DNA from: an uncultured cyanobacterium
Lineage (GTDB): Bacteria; Cyanobacteriota; Vampirovibrionia; Gastranaerophilales; Gastranaerophilaceae
Assembly (NCBI GenBank): GCA_946545285.1
Contig: CAMNNA010000001.1
Coordinates: 1 to 62,770 of the forward strand
Direction: 5' to 3'
DNA length: 62,770 bases
Shown: in pieces, positions 41,234 to 52,057 of the stretch
Position numbering within the stretch: position 1 is the stretch's first letter
Layout of the letters: each line of letters starts with the position of its first letter
The notes under the pieces: model-generated
Databases searched by the model: none
Seen by the model: the letters and a program-made list of their open reading frames with translations, nothing else
What the model was told of the DNA's origin: nothing
Translations under genes and position numbers: made by a program

Positions 41234-41998
41234 TTACTTTTCGCCGTCATGAAGATCTTTAATAAGGGCATTTGTCAAGGTATAGTTATCTTCATGATTT
41301 TCAGATTCATCATGAATTTGTTCATAAGATAGTTGTGCAAAAAAGTTCGCAAAAATGGATATATTTATAACAAACATAATCGAACAATATAAAATAAACG
41401 ACCAATGCGTATATTCCATATGCAAAATATGAATTAAATATGCCCCCGGTCCGATCAATACTAAATCAGCAAGAAGTAATTGAGGTAATGCAAATAACAA
41501 TGCAACCAATACATCAATACAAGAATTAAATATTACTCCATAATTGTAAGCTTGTGAAATTTTTAAATCTTTTGCAAATGAAAGATAAGATGTTAACACA
41601 ATTGAAAATAATAATGCCCAAACTACTATTTCAAAAATCAATTGTAAATGCGGAATTTCTGATGGAATCGGTACAAATTTTATTACCAATTTTCCAATTA
41701 ATCCAAATATCAACACTTGCGGAATAACAGCTATTGCAGTTGTAATTAAAGAATGAAAAAGTTCAATAGGATTTATAGTCATTATAACTCTTTTATTCCT
41801 GCGGGTATTATAAATACCTTGCGTAATTACACCTAAAAGAATAAGTCCAAGCACTCCACCCCATAAATAAAACATGGACATCTGACCTGATACAAATAAA
41901 TTTGCAACAAAAAACACCGGAACAGAATATATAAATATTTTTAAGCCTGCCGCATCTTCGCTAAACGCATCATTTAAAGAACTTATTATTGAAGCCAC
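41234..41998 (-). CDS. hypothetical polytopic membrane protein
   Basis: Six or more hydrophobic helices. Sits between pilT and a pilin-like gene on the same strand. Confidence 0.65.
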   Translation of the reverse strand: MASIISSLNDAFSEDAAGLKIFIYSVPVFFVANLFVSGQMSMFYLWGGVLGLILLGVITQGIYNTRRNKRVIMTINPIELFHSLITTAIAVIPQVLIFGLIGKLVIKFVPIPSEIPHLQLIFEIVVWALLFSIVLTSYLSFAKDLKISQAYNYGVIFNSCIDVLVALLFALPQLLLADLVLIGPGAYLIHILHMEYTHWSFILYCSIMFVINISIFANFFAQLSYEQIHDESENHEDNYTLTNALIKDLHDGEK

Positions 41999-42023
41999 AA
42001 GTTATTCCTCCTTGTTAAATTAT

Positions 42024-43094
42024 TTAACCTTGAATTAATCTTTGCAATTCACTAGGTTTCCCTGTTTTAGCCATCGCATCTTCTAATGTTACCAATCTGC
42101 GTTTATACAAATCAGCCAAAGCGGATTCTAAAGTTTGCATACCAACACCGGAACTTGTTTGAATTGTAGAATAAATCTGCGGAGCTTTAGCTTCACGAAT
42201 AAGGTTTGCGACCGCAGGTGTAACCACAAGGATTTCTTGTGCCATAATACGACCTTTTTGAGTACCGTCAGGCTGGCGTTTTGGTAAAAGTGTTTGCGCA
42301 AATACAGCAATTAATGAGTTCGCAAGCTGAACTCGAATCTGCTGCTGCTGACCTTCAGGGAAAACGTCAATAATACGGTCGATTGTTTGTGATGCAGAAG
42401 ATGTGTGCAATGTTCCAAAGACCAAGTGACCTGTTTCAGCCGCTGTAAGCGCTAAAGCGATAGTCTCATGGTCACGCATTTCGCCGACCAATATAATATC
42501 AGGATCTTCACGCAAGGCAGATTTAAGTGCGTTTGCAAAAGATCTTGTATCCATTCCCAATTCTCTTTGGTGAATAACACTTAACTTTGAAGTGTGAACA
42601 AATTCGACAGGGTCTTCAATTGTCAAAATATGCTCTGCTCTTGTTCTGTTTATATAATCTATCATTGCAGCCAATGTTGTAGATTTCCCTGAACCTGTAG
42701 GACCTGTTACAAGAACCAAACCTTTTGGTCGTTCCGCAATTTTTGTTACAACAGGCGGCATTCCCAAATCTTCCAATTTCGGAGCCGTTGAAGAAATTGT
42801 ACGAAACGCTGCAGCGTATGATCCTTTGTCTTTATAAAAGTTAACACGGAAACGGCCCAACCCTTCTATACCATAAGAAAAGTCCAGTTCCCATTCTTGT
42901 TCCAATCTTCGTCTTTGATCATTTGATAACATAGGAAATAACAAAGCTTCAACCCCTTCGTGAGTTAAAGGTTCATAATCCCCTCTAATCAATGCCCCGT
43001 CTACACGAAACACAGGAGGCAAAGCATTTGACACGTGCAAATCTGAACCGCCACGTTCCACTAATTCTTTTAATAAATCTTCAATATAAATCAT
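42024..43094 (-). CDS. pilT: type IV pilus retraction ATPase PilT
   Basis: Walker A GPTGSGKSTT, Walker B ILVGEMRD, His box GTLHT, PilT-type motif AVANLIREAK. 356 aa. Confidence 0.9.
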   Translation of the reverse strand: MIYIEDLLKELVERGGSDLHVSNALPPVFRVDGALIRGDYEPLTHEGVEALLFPMLSNDQRRRLEQEWELDFSYGIEGLGRFRVNFYKDKGSYAAAFRTISSTAPKLEDLGMPPVVTKIAERPKGLVLVTGPTGSGKSTTLAAMIDYINRTRAEHILTIEDPVEFVHTSKLSVIHQRELGMDTRSFANALKSALREDPDIILVGEMRDHETIALALTAAETGHLVFGTLHTSSASQTIDRIIDVFPEGQQQQIRVQLANSLIAVFAQTLLPKRQPDGTQKGRIMAQEILVVTPAVANLIREAKAPQIYSTIQTSSGVGMQTLESALADLYKRRLVTLEDAMAKTGKPSELQRLIQG

Positions 43095-43116
43095 TTTATT
43101 CCCCTATATAAATTTA

Positions 43117-43368
43117 TTATTCTTCAAAATTTATCAAAGCATCATTTTCCCTTGATGCCAATTCTATCATTACATAAGTCATATAAGCACCCAATGCAAC
43201 TGCTTTTGGATCCAAATCAGTTTTACTTGCAGCTTCGATAATTGCTGTATTTATTTCCGGATTTTCATCTTTTATATAATGAATCATACGTTTGCGCCAA
43301 GCGGGCATATCGTCAAATATTTCACTAAATACTGTCGCTGCAGTTTCTTCTGATATCACAGGTAACAT
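43117..43368 (-). CDS. small hypothetical protein upstream of pilT
   Basis: 83-aa ORF, same strand, 22 nt upstream of pilT. No motif. Confidence 0.5.
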   Translation of the reverse strand: MLPVISEETAATVFSEIFDDMPAWRKRMIHYIKDENPEINTAIIEAASKTDLDPKAVALGAYMTYVMIELASRENDALINFEE

Positions 43369-43470
43369 ATAAAACTTCCTCTTATTATTCTACCTGTTTA
43401 GTATACAATAAATTTCAACACTTGTCTACATTTAGCCAAAAATCATATGTTTGGAGTATAATTTATTCAT

Positions 43471-44577
43471 ATGAAAATTCCGGAGTTAAAACTTACAAAT
43501 TTTCGAAATTTTGATGAATCGAGTTTTGTTTTTGATAAATCAAAAACTTTAATTATAGGTAAAAACGCTCAAGGAAAAACCAATATATTAGAAAGCATTT
43601 ACTTTTTATCAACCCTGAAAAGCCCCAGAACATCAAACCAGTCAGATCTGATAAAATTTAATGAAGAATTTTTTAATCTGAATTGCAAAATACTTAAGTC
43701 TGACGTAAATATTGATTTATCATACAGCTTTAACCAAGACAAAAAAAGAGAAATAAAAATCAACGGAGTCAAATCAACAATAAAAGATTTTAAATCCGTA
43801 TTAAAAACCGTACTTTTTGCAACACCCGATTTATTGCTCCTTAGAGGAAATCCTCAAGACAGAAGAACTTGGCTTGATCGTGCAATTTCTCAAATTTATC
43901 CGGCATATGACCAAAGATTAACCAAATATGACAAAATCAGAATTCAAAAAAACAATTTTTTAAAAGATTGTGCAAAACTCGGAACAATTAACTATGAATT
44001 ATTAGATGTTTTTAATGAACAATTATCTACAACAGGAAGCAATATCATATTTATAAGAAACAAATATTTAAAAGAAATTGAAAAAATCGCAATTTTAAAA
44101 CACAAAACAATAAGCGAAACCGAAGAACTTTCCATAAAATATGATTGCTCTTTTGAATGTAATTTTTCTGAAATTGAAGAAATTAAAACTGCATTTTTAA
44201 ATGAACTTGAAACCCGCAAAACAGAAGAAATACGCAGAGTTCAAAGCTGTGTAGGCCCTCACAGGGATGATGTTAGTTTCAGTATAAACGGGCTGGATTC
44301 TTCAAAATTTGCCTCCCAAGGACAGCAAAGAACAATAGTTTTGGCATTAAAACTTTCCGAACTTGAGTTAATAACACAAAAAACAGGTACTGAACCTATT
44401 CTTTTATTAGATGATGTATTGGCAGAACTTGACGATATAAGACAAAATTATTTATTAAAATCAATTAATTCTAATACTCAAACAATAATCACTTCTGTTG
44501 ATACGATTCTTTTTGAGCCGGAATTTTTAAAAGATGTTAAGATTTACAAAATAGAAAACGGCAAAGTTATTCAATAA
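43471..44577 (+). CDS. recF: DNA replication and repair protein RecF
   Basis: LKLTNFRNF, Walker A GKNAQGKTNILES, signature SQGQQRT, Walker B ILLLDDV. Confidence 0.92.
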   Translation: MKIPELKLTNFRNFDESSFVFDKSKTLIIGKNAQGKTNILESIYFLSTLKSPRTSNQSDLIKFNEEFFNLNCKILKSDVNIDLSYSFNQDKKREIKINGVKSTIKDFKSVLKTVLFATPDLLLLRGNPQDRRTWLDRAISQIYPAYDQRLTKYDKIRIQKNNFLKDCAKLGTINYELLDVFNEQLSTTGSNIIFIRNKYLKEIEKIAILKHKTISETEELSIKYDCSFECNFSEIEEIKTAFLNELETRKTEEIRRVQSCVGPHRDDVSFSINGLDSSKFASQGQQRTIVLALKLSELELITQKTGTEPILLLDDVLAELDDIRQNYLLKSINSNTQTIITSVDTILFEPEFLKDVKIYKIENGKVIQ

Positions 44578-44590
44578 TAAATTTAAATAT

Positions 44591-44632
44591 AAAAAAGACC
44601 TCCATCACAAAGACAGAGGTCTTAAAGTTTTT
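44591..44632. terminator. hairpin terminator between recF and gap (stronger on minus strand)
   Basis: AAGACCTC/GAGGTCTT (44595-602 / 44616-23). U6 follows on the minus strand. On the plus strand AAAGTTTTT follows. Confidence 0.65.
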
Positions 44633-44645
44633 AAATCGACAAAGA

Positions 44646-45650
44646 TTATAATTTAGAAGCAACCATATAAGTTGTTTCAGCTAATCTTGTAGAATAACCC
44701 ATTTCATTGTCGTACCAAGAAATAATTTTAACTTGGTTTCCGCCCATTACACGAGTTAATAAAGCATCAACAGTTGAAGATTGAGAAGTTCCGACATAAT
44801 CAGAAGATACTAACGGTTCTTCGGTATAGCAAAGAACATGTCCGTCAGCACCTGCTTTTAAAGCAGCGTTAACTTCTTCAACAGTAACGTCTTTTGAAAG
44901 TTCGAATACAACGTCAACCAATGATACATCAGGAGTAGGAACTCTCATAGCAAAACCGTCCAATTTACCTTTTAATTGAGGTAAAACTAAAGCAACAGCT
45001 TTAGCAGCACCTGTTTTAGTAGGAACGATATTTAAAGCACCTGCTCTTGCACGACGAGGATCTTTGTGACCTGCGTCTAAGATTCTTTGGTCACCTGTAT
45101 ATGAGTGAACTGTTGTCATCAAACCTTTAACGATGCCGAATTTTTCGTCAATAACCTTAGCGACAGGAGCTAAGCAGTTAGTTGTACAAGAAGCCATTGA
45201 AATAACGTTGTGTTTTGCAGGATCATATTCGTGATCGTTAACACCCAAAACAATAGTTTTGTCTTCGTTAGTTGCAGGAGCTGAGATAATAACTTTTTTA
45301 GCACCTGCATCAATGTGAGCATGAGCTTTAGTTGCATCTGTGAAGAAACCGGTTGATTCAACAACAACTTCTACACCCAAATCTTTCCAAGGAAGATTTG
45401 CAGGATCTTTTTCTGCGAAGAATTTAATTTTTTTACCGTTAACGATAATACCTTCTTCGTAAGCTTCAACAGTACCGCAGAATTTACCCATAACTGAGTC
45501 ATACTTGAAAATTCTTGCAGCATCTTCAGGTTTCAAACCCGGGTCGTTGATTGCTACATAATTAATCTTGTCAAAAATACCTTCTCTGATAGCGGCTCTT
45601 AAAGTGTTACGGCCGATTCTACCAAATCCGTTAATTGCTACATTTACCAT
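44646..45650 (-). CDS. gap: type I glyceraldehyde-3-phosphate dehydrogenase
   Basis: INGFGRIGRN, active site SCTTNCLAP, WYDNEMGYS. Confidence 0.95.
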   Translation of the reverse strand: MVNVAINGFGRIGRNTLRAAIREGIFDKINYVAINDPGLKPEDAARIFKYDSVMGKFCGTVEAYEEGIIVNGKKIKFFAEKDPANLPWKDLGVEVVVESTGFFTDATKAHAHIDAGAKKVIISAPATNEDKTIVLGVNDHEYDPAKHNVISMASCTTNCLAPVAKVIDEKFGIVKGLMTTVHSYTGDQRILDAGHKDPRRARAGALNIVPTKTGAAKAVALVLPQLKGKLDGFAMRVPTPDVSLVDVVFELSKDVTVEEVNAALKAGADGHVLCYTEEPLVSSDYVGTSQSSTVDALLTRVMGGNQVKIISWYDNEMGYSTRLAETTYMVASKL

Positions 45651-45797
45651 AAATTTTTCTCCTTCTTAATTGGTAACTACTATAACATGCCGATGCTACC
45701 ACCAAAAAAAATCCTAATCAAGGGGTGGGAAGAAATTCAAATTTTTAATTGACTAAATTTATTGTTTAATGATAATATTTTTGTATAAGAGGGTATA

Positions 45798-46511
45798 GTG
45801 AACAGGGATTTTTTAGAAAAATTTTTAGACAAACTTTCTGAGTTTCCTCAGTGGATAAAGAAAATAATTTACGTAAAATTATCATCCGAAATTGACACAA
45901 CACAAAATTTGGATTACGTATTTATGACTTTTGCACCCGTTTTGACAGACAAGGGGAAATGCGAACTTGATAACAAAAATCTTTGTTTGGATAACAATAT
46001 TTACAATATTCTTGATTCATGCGACAAAAAACTTACTATTTCAGATATTATATTAAACACATTTTTATCTTTAGAAGAAACGGCAGCGTATTTTTTGTTT
46101 TGTGTTGACGAGGGATTTATTCAAATTCCTGATAATTCACAAGTATTAAATATTGCGGGATTTTTGGCAGGAAAATTCAAAACAGGAGAATACTTTTTAC
46201 AAAACGGTGAAATATCTCAGCAACAATTGGATGATGCCGTTTTAAACTATGAACACAGAGCAAAGCCTAACAAAAAATTCGGTCAATCTCTAATTGAACT
46301 TGGTTTAATTAATGAAAAACAGTTAGAAACTATTCTAAAAATTAAACAGGAAGCGCAAAAAAGATTTATTCTTGATCACAACGAAGTTCCTAAAATCAAA
46401 GAAAAAAAATCTGAAGAATACGAAAAACAAATTGAAATACTAAAAAAAGAAAATGAACGACTTAAACAACAACTAAGACAACTGCTTTTGGCGGAGGAAC
46501 ATAATGTTTAA
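45798..46511 (+). CDS. hypothetical protein with possible T2SSE_N/MshEN-like segment and coiled-coil tail
   Basis: GEYFLQNGEISQQQLDDAV...FGQSLIELGLINEKQLETIL resembles GspE-N type repeats. GTG start after AGAGGG. Overlaps the next gene by 8 nt. Confidence 0.45.
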   Translation: MNRDFLEKFLDKLSEFPQWIKKIIYVKLSSEIDTTQNLDYVFMTFAPVLTDKGKCELDNKNLCLDNNIYNILDSCDKKLTISDIILNTFLSLEETAAYFLFCVDEGFIQIPDNSQVLNIAGFLAGKFKTGEYFLQNGEISQQQLDDAVLNYEHRAKPNKKFGQSLIELGLINEKQLETILKIKQEAQKRFILDHNEVPKIKEKKSEEYEKQIEILKKENERLKQQLRQLLLAEEHNV

Positions 46512-47454
46512 TCCTGTTCCCACGATTTTGGTTAAATACATACGCGACGGGTTAACAGAACAAGAACATTTCGGTTATGTTGTAAGATGTTCTAAATCAA
46601 AAATTATTGAAAAAATAGGTGAAGATAAAAATTATCCGTTTTATTTAAGGTCTTGTGCTAAACCGCTGCAAGCATCGGTTTTAATAGATTACGAACTTGA
46701 CAAAGAATTTGACTTGACCCAAAAAGAAATCGCATTATGCTGTGCATCACACGCAGGAGAAAAATGTCACACTGATATAATTTTGGGTCTATTAAAAAAA
46801 TTCGGGCTTGAAGAATCAGACCTCAAATGCGGACTCCACGCACCACTATCAAGGTCCAGACAGGAAGAAATTTTATTAAACAACGAACCCAAAGAAAAAC
46901 TTATTTATAACAACTGTTCAGGAAAACACGCAATGATGTTAGGACTTTGCGTCTTAAACGGCTGGGACATTGATACGTATTATATGCCAAATCATCCCCT
47001 GCAAATAGAAATTAAAAATAAAATAAACGAACTATGCGATATTTCTGACGATTACCCTCAAACAAAAGACGGATGCGGAGTTCCTATATTTTCAATGCCT
47101 TTGGCAAATATTGTTAAAGGATATCTTAATTTGTTTTGTGACGAAAAATATAAAAAAATTCGCGAGGCATTTATAAATAATCCTTACTTGATAGGCGGAG
47201 AAAACAGAACCGATACAAAAATTATTCAACAAACAGGACTAATTGCAAAAGTCGGAGCAGGCGGACTTTGTGTTGTAATAAATCCTGAAATAGAAGAAGG
47301 TTTTATCGTAAAAATTGATGATTCGAATATGGATGCAAGAGAAATCGTAACTGCCGATTTAATAAAAAATCTCCAATGGGGAAACATGCAGGTTTCGCAC
47401 GAAATTAAAACTTTACATTCTGATGTAGTCGGCACTATAGAAACAATATTTTAA
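46504..47454 (+). CDS. asparaginase II family (PF06089-like) protein
   Basis: LRSCAKPLQA, CCASHAGEKCH and NCSGKHAMML motifs typical of the Rhizobium-type asparaginase family. Confidence 0.7.
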   Translation: MFNPVPTILVKYIRDGLTEQEHFGYVVRCSKSKIIEKIGEDKNYPFYLRSCAKPLQASVLIDYELDKEFDLTQKEIALCCASHAGEKCHTDIILGLLKKFGLEESDLKCGLHAPLSRSRQEEILLNNEPKEKLIYNNCSGKHAMMLGLCVLNGWDIDTYYMPNHPLQIEIKNKINELCDISDDYPQTKDGCGVPIFSMPLANIVKGYLNLFCDEKYKKIREAFINNPYLIGGENRTDTKIIQQTGLIAKVGAGGLCVVINPEIEEGFIVKIDDSNMDAREIVTADLIKNLQWGNMQVSHEIKTLHSDVVGTIETIF

Positions 47455-47566
47455 CGGTCAGTCGACAATTTGCTATTGCGTATCGTATCGACAAACAAAA
47501 TTTTTCGATAAATTAAAAGATAGGCTTGCTCACAGCTTTGCCTATCTTCTAATTTGATATAAGAAA

Positions 47567-48184
47567 TTAATCATTATTATCATCTGATTCGTGTGCAATC
47601 GGAATGGTTATTATATAATAACTTCCGTTGGTTTCTTTTGTTAAATCAGCTAATTTTACGTCATCTTCAAACATAAAGCTTTGTTGAAATTCTGTTATTT
47701 GCTCTTTATCTTTTGATTTTCTTATAGTTCGACCGCTGATTGTCAATATATTTCCATTTGCGCTGACTTGGAGATTGTTTTCGTTGTTATCGAATGCTTT
47801 TAGATTAATCAAAATTTTGTAATAATCTTTTGTTTGTTCCATTCGGATGACACTTGGACCGTTAATAGGCATACGTTGGGATTGACGGGGAAAATCGCCC
47901 ATTTTTTTAAATTCATCCTGTGCCATACGCTCAAATTTTTCAGGATCGGCAAACATACCAAAATGTCTGTTAAACATAGATTTCATATGCCAATCTATAA
48001 GAAAATATGTTGCGCAAAACGCACCTAAAAAGATTAATAATGCAATAAATATTGCCCTTACCACCGGATGATTTATACATGCCGGATTGCAATAGTTAGA
48101 ATTGTTTTCAACCTTTTTGGTTTCAGTTGTAGTTGTAATTTTTTCTTCGTTATTGTTTTCGTCCATTTCTAAAACTCCTTTCAA
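47567..48184 (-). CDS. membrane-anchored Hsp20/alpha-crystallin-like protein
   Basis: TM AIFIALLIFLGAFCATYFLI, followed by an ACD-like segment (YYKILINLKAFDNNENNLQVSANGNILTISG ... FQQSFMFEDDV). Confidence 0.5.
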   Translation of the reverse strand: MKGVLEMDENNNEEKITTTTETKKVENNSNYCNPACINHPVVRAIFIALLIFLGAFCATYFLIDWHMKSMFNRHFGMFADPEKFERMAQDEFKKMGDFPRQSQRMPINGPSVIRMEQTKDYYKILINLKAFDNNENNLQVSANGNILTISGRTIRKSKDKEQITEFQQSFMFEDDVKLADLTKETNGSYYIITIPIAHESDDNND

Positions 48185-48308
48185 TGTAATATTATTATTT
48201 TAAATTGAATTTGCAATCAGTTAATTCGGCTAGATTAAAAGTTTAAATTCAATATTGATTAAATAAAAAACATGTGATAATATTTTAGAAAAGAGAGAGG
48301 TTTTAAGC

Positions 48309-48497
48309 ATGGCTAAAGTTTTGGTTACAATGCCTGATGAGTTTTTAAGCAAAGTCGACGGATTGGCCGGCATGGAAAATTGTTCAAGAAGCCAATTGAT
48401 TCGTGAAGCATTAAGAAATTATATGCGAAGATTGACTAAAAATCAGCTGGAAAAAGCAGGTCGTAATGCCGAAATTTTAGAAAACATTTTAAGTTAA
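48309..48497 (+). CDS. ribbon-helix-helix (CopG/antitoxin-like) protein
   Basis: KVLVTMPDEFLSKVDGLAGMENCSRSQLIREALRNYM is a classic RHH beta-strand plus two helices. SD AGAGAGG. Confidence 0.7.
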   Translation: MAKVLVTMPDEFLSKVDGLAGMENCSRSQLIREALRNYMRRLTKNQLEKAGRNAEILENILS

Positions 48498-48560
48498 AAG
48501 ACTTTGAAATAATTTTTCATACTTTGGGCACGATATCAAATATCGCGCCCCCTTTCTTTT

Positions 48561-51161
48561 TTATTGTTTTTTAAAAACTAATTTATCGGCATCCAAATCA
48601 ATTTTTATATTATCGCCTTTGTCAAATTCTTTTGCCAAAATAAGTTTTGATAAAGGATTTTCAACCAATTGACGAATAACTCTTTTTAGCGGTCTTGCCC
48701 CATATACAGGATTAAACCCTTGAGTTGCAAGGAATTCTTTTGCATCATCAGTTATCTCAAATGTTAATTCTTGATCTTTCAACAATTCTTTTAAATAATC
48801 CATTTGAATATCAACAATTCTGCTTAATTGTTCCAAATTTAATGCTTTGAAAAATATTGTTTCATCAATTCTGTTCAAAAATTCAGGTTTGAATCTTGTT
48901 CTTAAAACACTCATTACCTGTTCTTTTGTATCATTGTATTGTTCAGGCGAAAGCATTGAATTCAGTGTGTTTTCCAATATAACATCACTGCCGATATTAC
49001 TTGTCATAATAATAAGAGTATTTTTAAAATCAATTGTTCTTCCTTTTGAATCAGTTAATCTTCCGTCATCAAATATCTGAAGCATAATATTAAATACATC
49101 AGGATGAGCCTTTTCGATTTCATCAAAAAGAATAACCGAATAAGGTTTACGGCGAACAGCCTCTGTTAATTGTCCGCCTTCTTCATATCCGACATAACCC
49201 GGAGGCGCTCCGACTAAACGCGCAACATTATGTTTTTCCATATATTCAGACATATCAATTCTTATTAAAGAATCTTCATCATTAAATAAAAATTGCGCTA
49301 AAGCCTTTGCTAATTCAGTTTTACCAACACCTGTCGGACCTAAAAATAAAAATGTTCCAATCGGACGTTTCGGATCTTTTAGACCTGATCTTGCACGACG
49401 AATTGCATCGGAAACCGTATCTACGGCTTCATCTTGTCCAACAAGACGTTTGTGCAAAACATCTTCCATATGTAATAATTTTTCCATTTCGGACTCAACG
49501 AGTTTTGTAACAGGAATTCCGGTCCACTTTGAAACAACTTCATCAATATCAGAAGCATCAACTTCTTCTTTTAATAATTTATTATCTGATACTTCTTTAT
49601 TTTCACAAGCTTTTAGTTGTTTTTGAAGCTCAAGCAGTTTGCCGTACTTTAATTCTGCAGCTTTTTGCAAATCGGTATTTCTTTCAGCTTCTTCTATTTG
49701 ATTTTGAACTTTATTTATTTCATCTTTAATTTCAGCTTCTGAAGTTATTGATAATTTTTCTTGTTCCCATTTTTGTTTTAGGACACTAATTTTTTCATCA
49801 AGTTCTTTTACTTTTTGGTTTATATCATTCACTTTTTGACGTGATTCATCATTATCTTCATTTTTTATAGCTTCACGTTCAATTTCTAACTGCATTTTTT
49901 GCCTTGTCATTGAATCCAGTTCTTCAGGCATAGAATCAATCTGAATTCTTAATGAACTGGCGGCTTCATCAATTAAATCAATTGCTTTGTCCGGCAAAAA
50001 TCTGTCTGTAATATAACGATCAGATAATTTTGCAGCTTCTACTATTGCAGAATCAAGAATTCTTACGCCATGATGAACTTCATATTTTTCTTTTAACCCT
50101 CTTAAAATACTTATAGTATCATCAACAGACGGTTCATCAACCAAAACGGGCTGAAATCTTCTTTCTAATGCAGGGTCTTTTTCAATATATTTTCTGTATT
50201 CATTTATTGTTGTTGCACCGATTGTTCTCAAAACACCTCTGGCAAGCATTGGTTTTAATAAATTTCCGGCATCCATAGATCCTTCGGTTGCACCGGCACC
50301 GACAACAGTATGAAGTTCATCAATAAACATGACAATTTCACCGTTTGAATCTTCAACCTCTTTTAAAACAGCTTTTAAACGTTCTTCAAATTCTCCTCTG
50401 AATTTTGCACCCGCAACCAAAGCACCCAAATCAAGAGATATAAGTTTGACATCTTTTAGACTTTCCGGAACATCTCCTCTTACTATTCTTTGAGCAAGTC
50501 CTTCTATAATTGCTGTTTTACCGACCCCAGGTTCACCGATTAATACCGGATTATTTTTTGTTCTTCTGTTTAAAACTTGAATAATTCTTCTGACTTCTTC
50601 ATCTCTGCCTATAACAGGATCAAGTTTTCCTTTTCTTGCAAGAGCGGTTAAATCAGTTGAAAATTTTTCCAAAGCTTTCATATTATCTTCTGCATTTTTA
50701 TTATCCACTTTTTTATTCCCCCTTATTTTTTTCATTACACTGAGGATTTTTGAAGTATTCACTCCAAAATTTTCCAAAATGTTTTTTATTGAAGAATTTT
50801 CTAACTTTGACATAGCAAGAAGAATATCTTCCACACTCACGAATTCATCTTTTAATTTTTGACTTTCATCAATCGCGAGTTCCAATAATTGAGCGCTGAC
50901 TGAAGAAAGATAAAGCCCTTGAGGATTTACAGGAGAAGATACTTTTGGAAATTCATTAATTTTTGCCATAATTTTATTGATAAAATTTTGGTTTAATAAA
51001 TTTAATTCCGTCAAATAATCTTTTATAATCCCGTCATCTTTAATCATAGCAAGCATAATATGCTCAGGCTCTAATTGAGAATTCTGATACGATCTCATAT
51101 AATTCCCCGCGCTTGATAAAAGTTCTTGAGAATAATTTGTAAACTTGTCAAAATCTAACAT
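48561..51161 (-). CDS. clpB: chaperone ClpB
   Basis: Two AAA+ modules ([24 protein letters not shown]) separated by a long coiled-coil M-domain. No ClpP-binding loop seen. ATG 51161 lies 9 nt after GGAG. Confidence 0.92.
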   Translation of the reverse strand: MLDFDKFTNYSQELLSSAGNYMRSYQNSQLEPEHIMLAMIKDDGIIKDYLTELNLLNQNFINKIMAKINEFPKVSSPVNPQGLYLSSVSAQLLELAIDESQKLKDEFVSVEDILLAMSKLENSSIKNILENFGVNTSKILSVMKKIRGNKKVDNKNAEDNMKALEKFSTDLTALARKGKLDPVIGRDEEVRRIIQVLNRRTKNNPVLIGEPGVGKTAIIEGLAQRIVRGDVPESLKDVKLISLDLGALVAGAKFRGEFEERLKAVLKEVEDSNGEIVMFIDELHTVVGAGATEGSMDAGNLLKPMLARGVLRTIGATTINEYRKYIEKDPALERRFQPVLVDEPSVDDTISILRGLKEKYEVHHGVRILDSAIVEAAKLSDRYITDRFLPDKAIDLIDEAASSLRIQIDSMPEELDSMTRQKMQLEIEREAIKNEDNDESRQKVNDINQKVKELDEKISVLKQKWEQEKLSITSEAEIKDEINKVQNQIEEAERNTDLQKAAELKYGKLLELQKQLKACENKEVSDNKLLKEEVDASDIDEVVSKWTGIPVTKLVESEMEKLLHMEDVLHKRLVGQDEAVDTVSDAIRRARSGLKDPKRPIGTFLFLGPTGVGKTELAKALAQFLFNDEDSLIRIDMSEYMEKHNVARLVGAPPGYVGYEEGGQLTEAVRRKPYSVILFDEIEKAHPDVFNIMLQIFDDGRLTDSKGRTIDFKNTLIIMTSNIGSDVILENTLNSMLSPEQYNDTKEQVMSVLRTRFKPEFLNRIDETIFFKALNLEQLSRIVDIQMDYLKELLKDQELTFEITDDAKEFLATQGFNPVYGARPLKRVIRQLVENPLSKLILAKEFDKGDNIKIDLDADKLVFKKQ

Positions 51162-51289
51162 ATAAATCAACTCCGTTCATAAAAATTTTTCAGCCGGAAG
51201 TTTAAACCTTCCAACCTTCATTATTATTTTAACGTTGATTTTCCAAAAGTCAGATAAAATTAATTATTATTTAATTATTTAATTATTTA

Positions 51290-51976
51290 TTAATCACTTA
51301 ATTCTTTTTTCCACCGGTTCATAAAGTATATTCCAAGAAAGAAATATGTTGTCCACATCAAGATTGTTGCAAGGCAGTTTGAACCGTTAATATACGCACC
51401 AATCCACATTAAAACAGATACTCCGTTCACTAAAAACCAAATATACCATTGTTCAATACATCTTTTTACGGTTAAAAGTATTCCCAAGATTGACATAATA
51501 GTCGAAACTGAATCCAATAAAGGATTTGTGCCGTTAAAATTTTTCAATATAAAATAAAGAATTATTATTGCTAATACCGCTCCCGCAAAATATATAATTC
51601 TTTCTCTATTCCTGAGCTGAATTTTATAAATTTCATTGGAATCTTTTTTTAGGTGAGAACTCCATTTTATTATGCCGACGACCTGCATTGGCATGCAGTA
51701 AAAAATATAAAGGGCTAAATTTCCCCAAAAACCGTTTTTATAAGATATATACGAATAACAAAATGTTCCCAAAAGTCCGAATACATAACAAGAAATTTTC
51801 CCTTTTCCCGCCAAAATCGTATAACTTATACCACAAATTGCCGATCCGAGTGCTACTTTGTTATCCCCTGTTATAAAAGATAAAATTATTATAAATAACA
51901 AAATTGAAGGGAAAATTATTCTTTCATACTTTCCCCATCCGGATAATTCTTTTTTTATAAATTCCGCCAATTTCAT
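51290..51976 (-). CDS. pnuC: nicotinamide riboside transporter PnuC family
   Basis: 7-TM protein with ILAGKGKISCYVFGLLG ... GFWGNLALYIFYCMPMQVVGIIKW pattern. Confidence 0.7.
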   Translation of the reverse strand: MKLAEFIKKELSGWGKYERIIFPSILLFIIILSFITGDNKVALGSAICGISYTILAGKGKISCYVFGLLGTFCYSYISYKNGFWGNLALYIFYCMPMQVVGIIKWSSHLKKDSNEIYKIQLRNRERIIYFAGAVLAIIILYFILKNFNGTNPLLDSVSTIMSILGILLTVKRCIEQWYIWFLVNGVSVLMWIGAYINGSNCLATILMWTTYFFLGIYFMNRWKKELSD

Positions 51977-52057
51977 ATATTTTTATTTTACATTAAAGTA
52001 AATTATTTTACAAAACATTTTACTTTTTATCATTTATGTTGTCTATTATAAACAGGG

